Assembly (NCBI GenBank): GCA_044892525.1
Contig: CM097885.1
Coordinates: 42,906,001-42,970,000, forward strand
From: Schmidtea polychroa
Taxonomy: Eukaryota
Direction of reading: 5' to 3'
DNA length: 64,000 nucleotides
The notes beneath the pieces were generated by a model. That model searched no databases. It was not told the origin of the DNA and saw only the letters and a list, made by a program, of their open reading frames with translations. Shown here piece after piece: positions 56,701 to 64,000 of this stretch (position 1 is its first letter; the number at the start of each line of letters is the position of its first letter). A program made the position numbers and the translations under genes.

Positions 56701-57127
56701 TATATATAATAAAACTGATCAATAATAAGTATTTATTGAATGTGATTTTTACTTTGCAATAATAAGTTATCATTTAAAAGAAGAATGTTTTGTAAATTAG
56801 AATTCATTAGTCTTTCATTGTAACTTAAATTATTTTGAATTTCACGTGGTGATGAGTTGTGGTTTTTTGATGAAAATCAGCATTTTTGTTAAATTTGAAA
56901 AGATTTTTTCTACTGATTGTAATTAAACATATTTTTGAAGACAGATAAAAAATTAATTTAAAAAGCATTTCATAAAATACAATAAAGAATATTTAGTAGT
57001 TAGTTGTAAGTATGTGGTTGTTTGAGAGTTAGTTAGTACGTGGTATCATGTTGAAAGTATTTGGTACTTATTTCTTAGCACATAGTGAAAAATATTTAGT
57101 ATCTGGTTGTTGGTAACTGATTGTTGA

Positions 57128-57186
<59 letters not shown>

Positions 57187-59749
57187 GATTCCATTAAAAT
57201 TTTCATTCAAAATTAACTTAAAAAATTATTTCATTAAAATTTACTTAAAAAATTTTACATTTAAAATTAACTTAAAAAAAAAATTTCCATTTAAATTTTC
57301 ATTAAAAATTACATTTCTCAAAAAAGTTGGTGGTTATTCAATCTTTTGATAATAAATTTAAAAATCTTAGTTTAATTTACTTATTACATTACTTATTTAA
57401 AAATTACTACTTTAATTTACTTCTTTAGCTTTAATTTAAAATTTGAACCATTTATTACTTAATTTTAAATTTTGAACCTTAATTTACTTTTTTAAAAATT
57501 ATTACTTTAATTTACCTAATTATTCTTTATTTCTTAATTTTACACCATTATTTACTTAACAACTAATTATAACCCTTATTTTCATATTTAACCAATAATT
57601 TCATGTGGTCATCTGCTTGTAAGTGTTTGGTATCTAGTTGACAGTGCTTATTACTAGGTAAGTTACTTGGTTGTTAGTACTTGGTATCTAGTACCTGGTT
57701 GATGTTGGTTGTATGTACTTGGTATCTAGTTGTAAGTATCTAGTTGTAGGTTGATATTTGTTAATTTCTCGATGGGTTTTGATGGTGGTTGTTAGTACAT
57801 GGTAGTTGGTAGCTAGTTGGTTGTATGTACTTGGTATCTAGTTGTTAGTAACTAGTTGTAGGTACTTAGTAGTTGGTTGATGATGCTTAGTACCTGGTTA
57901 TTGTCGGTTGTTAGTGTTTAGTATTTAGTTGTTAGTACTTGGTTGATAATGCTTAGTGTCTGGTTGTATGTACTTGGTATCATGTTGTTAGTAACTAGTT
58001 GTAGGTAATTAATGCTTAGTAGTTGGTAACTGGTTGTTAGTACTTGGTAGGTGGTAGCTAGTTGGTTGTAGGTACTTAGTAGTTGGTAGCTAGTTGAGTG
58101 CTGGTTGTAGCTAGTTAATGGGTAACTGGTTGTTAGTATCTAGTTGTAGGTACTTAGTAGTTGGTTGCTGATGCTTAGTAACTAGTTGTAGGTTGATAAG
58201 TCTTAGTACCTGGTTGTTGACGGTTGTTAGTACTTGGTATCAGGTAACTGGTTGTTAGTATCTAGTTGTAGGTTGTAGGTACTTAGTAGTTGGTAATTAA
58301 TGCTTAGTACCTGGTTGTTAGTATTTAGTTGTTTGAGACCTAGTTGTTAGTATCTAGTTGTAGGTATCTGGTAACTAGTTGGTTGTTGGTACTTAGTAGG
58401 TGGTATCTGATACCTGTTTGGTTGCTTGTTTTTGGTTGTTAGTACTTGTTAGGTGGTTGTAGGTACTTAGTATCAGGTAACTAGTTGTTAGTAACTAGTT
58501 GTAGGCACTTGGTATCTGGTAATTTGTTGTAGGTACTTCGTTGTTTTTTGTTGTTAGTACTTGGTAGTTGGTTGTAGGTACTTGGTATCAGGTAACTGGT
58601 TGTTAGTAACTAATTGTAAGTACTTGGTAGCAGGTAACTAGTTGTTAGTAACTAGTTGTAAGTACTTGGTAGTTGGTAGTAAGTACTTGGTTGATGTTTG
58701 TTGTAAGTACTTGGTATCTAGTACCTAGTTGGTTGTTTTTGGTTGTTAGTACTTAGTAGTTGGTTGTAGGTACTTGGTAGGTGGTAGTTAGTTGTTAGTA
58801 CTTGGTACCTAGTTGGTTGCATGTTTTTGGTTGTTGGTACTTGGTATCAGGTAACTGGTTGTAGGTATCTGGTTGGTAATACATGTTCGGAAGTTACTGG
58901 TTGTTGGTACTAAGTTGTTGATTTGTTGTTGAATTATTATTAAAATTTGTCTTTGAAAAATATTTCTTAAAAATTTCCATTAAAAATTATCATTGAAAAA
59001 TATTTCATTAAAATTTCCATTAAAAATTACCATTGAAAAATATTTCATAAAATTTTCTATTAAAAATTACTTAAAAAAAAATATTCCATAAAAATTTTCA
59101 TTAAAAATTACCATTGAAAATTTTCATTAAAAAATTTCAATTCTCAAACACCTTCAACTTTTTGTAATTAAATTTTAAAATCTTACTTTAATTTACTTAT
59201 TTAAAATTTTTTACCATTGATTACTTAATTTAAAAATTATTACTTTAATTTACTTATTTAAAATTTTTTTACCATTGATTACTTAATTTAAAATTTGGAC
59301 CTTAATTTACTTTATTTTAATTTTTTAGAACCTTAATTTACTTTAATTTAAAATTTAGAACCATAATTTACTTTAATTTAATTTTTAGGACCATAATTTA
59401 CTTTAATTTAAAATGTTTGACCATAATTTACTGTAATTTAATTTTTAGGACCATAATTTACTGTAATAGAAAAATTTGGACCATAATTTACTGTAATTTA
59501 ATTTTTTAGGACCATAATTTACTTTAATTTTAAAATTTGGACCATTATTTACTTTAATTGAAAAATTTGAGCCATAATTTACTTTAATTTAATTTTTAGG
59601 ACCATAATTTACTTTAATTTTAATTTTTAGAACCATTATTTACTTTAATTGAAAAATTTGGACCATTATTTACTGTAATTTAATTTTTTAGAACCATTAT
59701 TTACTTTAATTGAAAAATTTGAGCCATAATTTACTTTAATTGAATAATT

Positions 59750-60360
59750 TACCACGTTTTTTAGTGTAGACCACCTTTTTCTCAGAATCAAGGAGACTCA
59801 CCTCACTATAGTCTGAAAAATCCTTGGCTTTTTTAGTGTAGACCACCTATTTGTATTGAAAATATCCTGAGACCTTAAATTACCATGCTTTTTAGTGTAG
59901 ACCAGCTTTTTGTATTGAAAATATCCCGAGACCTTAAATTACCACGTTTTTTAGTGTAGAACACCTATTTCTCAGGACCAAGGAGACTCACCTCACTATA
60001 GTCTGAAAAATCCTTGGCTTTTTTAGTGGTAGTCGGATTTTTGTATAGAAAAATTTAATTTGTATTGAAAATCCCAGGACCATCGAGACCCCCTCACTAT
60101 AGTATGAAAATTCCATGCTTTTTTATTGAAGACCGCCTTTTTGTATTGAAAAAATTTTATTTGTATTGAAAATCCCAGGACCATCGAGACCCCCTCACTA
60201 TAGTGTGAAAATTCCATGCTTTTTTAGTGGTAGTCGGATTTTTGTATAGAAAAATTTTTTTTGTATTGAAAATCCCAGGACCATCGTTTTTGTATAGAAA
60301 AATTTTTTTTGCATTGAAAATCCCAGGACCATCGAGACCCCCTCACTATAGTGTGAAAAA
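59750..60360. repeat. Subterminal modular tandem array, right arm
   Basis: Reverse complement of 43340-44200, with 3 rather than 5 GAGACCCCCTCACTATAGT units. Confidence 0.92.
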
Positions 60361-60465
60361 TTGCGTAATCAAAAGTTGCAACAAAAAAATTACGGCAACA
60401 AAAAAAAGTTGCAACAACCCCCCCCCGGGGGGGTAATTGTTGCCGTAAGCCACTATCTACCTACT

Positions 60466-60702
60466 TATCTCATATGCCCCAGGTTCTATTGTTATAATTT
60501 CTGGTTTATGCCCATCACGAGTTTGAATAGTAAATTTATTATTATCTTTAGTTATATTAAAAATAGTATTATAAGCACAAAACCATAATAGCCCCAATTC
60601 ATAATTTAAATTTTGATCTAATTTAACTGAATCTTAAAAGTTTATAGTAAACTCTGATTCTTTTGAATTTATAGATAAAGTTCTTGAATATTTATCTGAC
60701 AT
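60466..60702 (-). pseudogene. Minor capsid protein, 5' part (contains in-frame TAA at 60634-60636)
   Basis: MSDKYSRTLSINSKESEFTINF*DSVKLDQNLNYELGLLWFCAYNTIFNITKDNNKFTIQTRDGHKPEIITIEPGAYEI joins in frame to KDLNDIL... at 43252 once the insert and one TSD copy are removed (237 codons). An alternative start is at 60714. Confidence 0.85.
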
Positions 60703-61236
60703 TATGTTTACCATTTTTTTTAAATTATCTTCCGGAGGGTTGTGAAGCTCCATTTCTTTAGTAGTAAATTCATATAGTAAAAATTCTAGATCATTATAAA
60801 TTTCTTGAATTATAGATTCAAAATCCTGCGTATGCCCCTTTCCCTCTTCCTTATTCAATCTATACAAAACATATAAACTTAAAATACCACATATTTTAGT
60901 ATTCAAAGGTTGAACTTGTAAAGAGTTAAAAGTATAACCATTTGGGGAATCAATCGGAGAACCCCTCAAGAGATAATCTTCAACTTCTTTAGTAGGTTTA
61001 ATCCCAAAAGAATCAAAGTAGATAGATTTCTTATATATACAAACCCAATGAGATCCTTTTTCATTTGAATTTTGATAATTGATTATTATATTCAGGGGAC
61101 TCTCCAGACTTGATAATTCATCATTCATTAATATTTTAATTTTTAAATTTAAATAATTTGCATAATCTTTTAAATCAAAATTTGTTTTTGCATTTATTCC
61201 AAATGTTTTTAAAATATCTAATATTGAAGGAGTCAT
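60634..61236 (-). CDS. Adenain-like (peptidase C5, clan CE) maturation cysteine protease
   Basis: GSHWVC (His), YFDSFG (Asp), QVQPLNTKICG (Gln, Cys). The last 22-26 codons belong to the minor-capsid N-terminus. Confidence 0.93.
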   Translation of the reverse strand: MTPSILDILKTFGINAKTNFDLKDYANYLNLKIKILMNDELSSLESPLNIIINYQNSNEKGSHWVCIYKKSIYFDSFGIKPTKEVEDYLLRGSPIDSPNGYTFNSLQVQPLNTKICGILSLYVLYRLNKEEGKGHTQDFESIIQEIYNDLEFLLYEFTTKEMELHNPPEDNLKKMVNIMSDKYSRTLSINSKESEFTINF

Positions 61237-61258
61237 TTTGTATTTTAAAACTTCGTAT

Positions 61259-62152
61259 TTATAACTTCGTATACTTATTAAATTTATCTTTTGAAATTAT
61301 TCCTTGTTTTAACAAATCTTTAGAAATCTTTAAAATATCAGAATCTAAATTATTATGTCCTGCTTTCCTTGCAGCTAATAGTTGTCTTAATTCAATAAAA
61401 AGATTGATGGGATTTGGTTTACCACCTTCACTAATTAATCCCTCTCCCTCTGTAACAACATAACCCTTTTCATTTTTATTTAAATAATTCTTTAAATCTT
61501 GAATATATTTTGCTTTAGAACTAGCTCTTATTAATTTTATTAAATTTAAATATTTTTTAATTTCTTCAACATCATCTGAAGAATATCCACAAAGTAATCT
61601 ATAAAAATCATCTGTAAATTCAAAGTCTAAATATTCATTATTATAAACATTTTGTGAATGAATACGTGATTTATTTTCTGAATTTGAATATAAAGTAAAG
61701 TTTTGTTTATTAATTGTTATTATTTGATATCCTTCAGTATTAGTATTAAATGTGGGTCTAATTGAAGGAGGTAAATCATCTCTAATTTTAGGATCAACTT
61801 TAAGAGCTTTTGTTTTTAAAAACATTTCTTCTTCTTCCACATTAGAAATTCTTCTGCGTTTTCTTTGATTTCTTTCAGAATGACTTTCAGGATGGTTTTC
61901 ACTGGATTCTTTTTCTTTATCCTGCCACTCTAGTTCTTTTATTTTTTGTTTTTTATCTTCTAACTCTTTAAATTTTGCTTGCTCATTGAAATCTTCCAAC
62001 TCTTTTATAGCTTTAATTGTTGGCCCCTGTTGTTGTGTTATTACCTCATTTAATATTATAGATTCAGCATGTTGAGTTGTATCTTTTTTATTATATTTAT
62101 CTTGTTCTGATTGTAATTTTTTTAAAAGTGCTAATCTTTCTTCATATACCAT
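61259..62152 (-). CDS. Conserved Polinton protein, putative virion core component
   Basis: 297 aa. Basic NLS-like RNQRKRRR. GEGL followed by the C-terminal helical motif NPINLFIELRQLLAARKAGHNN..ILKISKDLLKQGII, which I recognise from Polinton ORFs. Function unknown. Confidence 0.7.
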   Translation of the reverse strand: MVYEERLALLKKLQSEQDKYNKKDTTQHAESIILNEVITQQQGPTIKAIKELEDFNEQAKFKELEDKKQKIKELEWQDKEKESSENHPESHSERNQRKRRRISNVEEEEMFLKTKALKVDPKIRDDLPPSIRPTFNTNTEGYQIITINKQNFTLYSNSENKSRIHSQNVYNNEYLDFEFTDDFYRLLCGYSSDDVEEIKKYLNLIKLIRASSKAKYIQDLKNYLNKNEKGYVVTEGEGLISEGGKPNPINLFIELRQLLAARKAGHNNLDSDILKISKDLLKQGIISKDKFNKYTKL

Positions 62153-62174
62153 TTTAATGGTATCAAAAATGGTA

Positions 62175-62774
62175 TCATAGTTCGAAGGGCTTCAAGTATA
62201 ATCCTTTACCATTTTTAGTTTTACAAAGGCATCCATTCTTTAAAGATTTACATATTTTTTTTAAATCTTCTTTATCTTTTGAAGATAAAGATTCAGATGT
62301 AGAAATTTGATTTTTTAAAAAATCATTTAAACCTCTACCTTTATAAGGATCAAGATAGAGACCTTTGCCCTGAGACTTTTGCCGACTCCCCTCATATGGA
62401 TTAAGATAGAGACCCTTTCCAACGGACACTCCCCCTTTAGCTTGCCCTACCTTCTTCATTGAATCGATTTCAGTTTGTAGTTTTTCTTTTTCTAGGTCTG
62501 TCTTTTGAGATTCTTTAGCTTTTTGAACTGTAGTTGCAATTCCTCCAGCTATTCCAGCAGCACCTGATAAACCAGCAATGATTGCAGGTATTAAAGCAGC
62601 TAATGGAAGAATGCCACCTTCTTTAGTCGAAGAGCCCTTCAGCTTCGCTCTAACTTGTTCTTTTACATGTTTTCCAATAAAATATTTCTTACCGTCAATT
62701 ACTACTGATTTATTTTTATTTGAATTTATTAATTCTTGCAAAGATTCTTCAGTAGAGGAACTCTTCGAGGTCAT
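62175..62774 (-). CDS. Adenovirus pX(mu)-precursor-like core protein with hydrophobic helix and GKGLYL repeats
   Basis: EGGILPLAALIPAIIAGLSGAAGIAGGIA resembles the adenovirus pX C-terminal GGILPLLIPLIAAAIGA segment. Three GKGLYLxP(Y/F) repeats and one GRGL. Confidence 0.72.
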   Translation of the reverse strand: MTSKSSSTEESLQELINSNKNKSVVIDGKKYFIGKHVKEQVRAKLKGSSTKEGGILPLAALIPAIIAGLSGAAGIAGGIATTVQKAKESQKTDLEKEKLQTEIDSMKKVGQAKGGVSVGKGLYLNPYEGSRQKSQGKGLYLDPYKGRGLNDFLKNQISTSESLSSKDKEDLKKICKSLKNGCLCKTKNGKGLYLKPFEL

Positions 62775-62789
62775 TTTATAATAAACAAA

Positions 62790-63596
62790 ATGGATGTACG
62801 AAGTCCAATAATTTGGAAACCAATTTTAAATAGACATAAGAGTAAATTTAATAATAAAGTATTTCCTGATAATTTTAGATTATTAATTGTTGGTTCTTCT
62901 GGATGTGGAAAGAATGTACTTGTTTTGAGAATGTTACTTGAAGATGATTTTTTAGATTATAATAATTTAATCTTTTATTCTACAACCATAAATCAACCAG
63001 AATTACAACTTTTGAAATGTGGATTTGAAAATAAATTAACTAAAAAAGCAATAATTGATATTTTTAAAAATCAACATAGGTGTCCTGAAGAAGTTTTTCA
63101 ACCTTGTGATATGGTTGATTGGTATAAGGAAAAGATTTTAGAATCAGATATTAGTAATAAAAATGATTATATTTGTGAAGAAGGGCAGGAGGCAATTCAA
63201 GTTTTATTCTCTAATAAACCTGAAGATGTTTTACATTGTGATTTACTTCCTAAAGATAAAAAGAATCTAGTTATATTTGATGATGTTGTTAATATGAAAA
63301 ATCAAGAGATTCAAAAGAGTTACTTTACACGAGGTCGACATAATAATTGTAATGTTATTTATATATCTCAAACATATTATGCTTTAGATAAAAATTCAAT
63401 AAGAAATAATTCCAATTGTTTTATATTTTTTAAATTAGATCGCCGTGATAAGAATATGATTTATAATGATTTATTTTCAAATGTTGAACCTGATAAGAAT
63501 ATGTTTGATATGTTTGTTGATAATCATTGGAAAGAAAAATATAATTATATTTATTTGGATAGAGAAGAAGCTGAAATATGGAAAAGTTTGTTTTAG
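62790..63596 (+). CDS. FtsK/HerA-family (A32-like) genome packaging ATPase
   Basis: LLIVGSSGCGKN (Walker A), LVIFDD (Walker B), RGRHNNCNVIYISQ, IRNN. The likely start is ATG 62790 rather than the track's TTG 62736. Confidence 0.95.
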   Translation: MDVRSPIIWKPILNRHKSKFNNKVFPDNFRLLIVGSSGCGKNVLVLRMLLEDDFLDYNNLIFYSTTINQPELQLLKCGFENKLTKKAIIDIFKNQHRCPEEVFQPCDMVDWYKEKILESDISNKNDYICEEGQEAIQVLFSNKPEDVLHCDLLPKDKKNLVIFDDVVNMKNQEIQKSYFTRGRHNNCNVIYISQTYYALDKNSIRNNSNCFIFFKLDRRDKNMIYNDLFSNVEPDKNMFDMFVDNHWKEKYNYIYLDREEAEIWKSLF

Positions 63597-63607
63597 GGCT
63601 TGTCGAC

Positions 63608-64000
63608 TTAAAAATCTGTTTTCTGTAGTTCATTATTACAAAATCTACCTAATATTTTTTCATTATTTAAATCAAAGATGGTATATGTTATTGGAGTTGT
63701 ATAATGTATTTTATTTATAATAAAAATTTCATTTGTCCATTTTGCTGTGAATCCTTTTTCAAATTTATTTTTATATTTAAATATTCTTACTCGGTCACCA
63801 ATTTTAAACTTTGGTTTTTCAATAACATCATTTTCAATATTTACCACTTTAATGGTTTCAGGCTTCATGGAAGCATTTAAAGGTGTTAATTTTATAGAAC
63901 TATGTACATCATTATTATATTCATTTACAATCTTTTGTAACAATTCATTGTTCCATTTTTGTTTTCCAATAGCAGTAAAATATTTCCACATTTTATTTTT
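63608..64000 (-). CDS. Retroviral-like (rve) integrase, C-terminal part; gene runs off the window
   Basis: KNKMWKYFT...YNNDVHSSIKLTP...KFKIGDRVRI...FEKGFTAKWTNEIF...TY...DLNNEKILGRF...ELQK is a Polinton integrase C-terminus. The frame is open at 64000. Confidence 0.92.
   Translation of the reverse strand, partial: KNKMWKYFTAIGKQKWNNELLQKIVNEYNNDVHSSIKLTPLNASMKPETIKVVNIENDVIEKPKFKIGDRVRIFKYKNKFEKGFTAKWTNEIFIINKIHYTTPITYTIFDLNNEKILGRFCNNELQKTDF

Larger units (their letters stand above)
43259..60465. mobile_element. 17,207-bp palindromic (foldback) insertion with Polinton-type ends, 6-bp TSD and no recognisable gene
   Basis: TATCTC|AGTAGGTAGATAGTGGCTTACGGCAACAATTA ... TAATTGTTGCCGTAAGCCACTATCTACCTACT|TATCTC. 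The left arm (43259 to about 51964) is the reverse complement of the right arm (about 52878 to 60465). Confidence 0.95.
38408..64000. mobile_element. Endogenous Polinton/Maverick (polintovirus), defective, continuing beyond the right edge
   Basis: Tightly packed intronless ORFs for pPolB, minor capsid, C5 protease, FtsK/HerA-type ATPase and retroviral-like integrase. AGTAGT terminus at 38408. No major capsid gene is visible in the window. Confidence 0.95.

Noticed and set aside
43259..60465. Two Polintons head-to-head, or an amplification fold-back chimera
   Set aside because: The flanking genes are not mirrored, a 6-bp TSD is present, the capsid frame rejoins exactly, and the arms differ by indels and substitutions. 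Read-level confirmation is still needed.

Overview
Very AT-rich eukaryotic DNA, probably an invertebrate (a flatworm is plausible but only inferred). Bases 1-38,400 are mostly intron and intergenic sequence. They hold two Cys-rich exons of a minus-strand host gene (25,194-25,419 and 9,258-9,386), many (AAT)n/(AT)n microsatellites, decayed hAT, Penelope and Helitron fragments, and several MITEs. The Penelope repeats carry minimal hammerhead-like cores. From 38,408 to the right edge lies an endogenous Polinton/Maverick (polintovirus). It encodes a protein-primed PolB, a membrane protein, a fibre-like protein, a minor capsid protein, an adenain-type protease, core-like proteins, a packaging ATPase and the C-terminus of an integrase. 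The main observation is that the minor-capsid gene is split by a 17,207-bp insertion (43,259-60,465) with no recognisable gene. The insert has AGTAG...CTACT ends and an exact 6-bp target duplication (TATCTC). It is a giant palindrome: arms of about 8.7 and 7.6 kb around a spacer of about 0.9 kb, built from nested tandem arrays and an internal inverted-repeat module. Removing it restores the capsid reading frame. It looks like a non-autonomous, Polinton-integrase-mobilised foldback or satellite element inserted into a Polinton. A second, 246-bp AGTAGT-ended mini-element caps the truncated polB.
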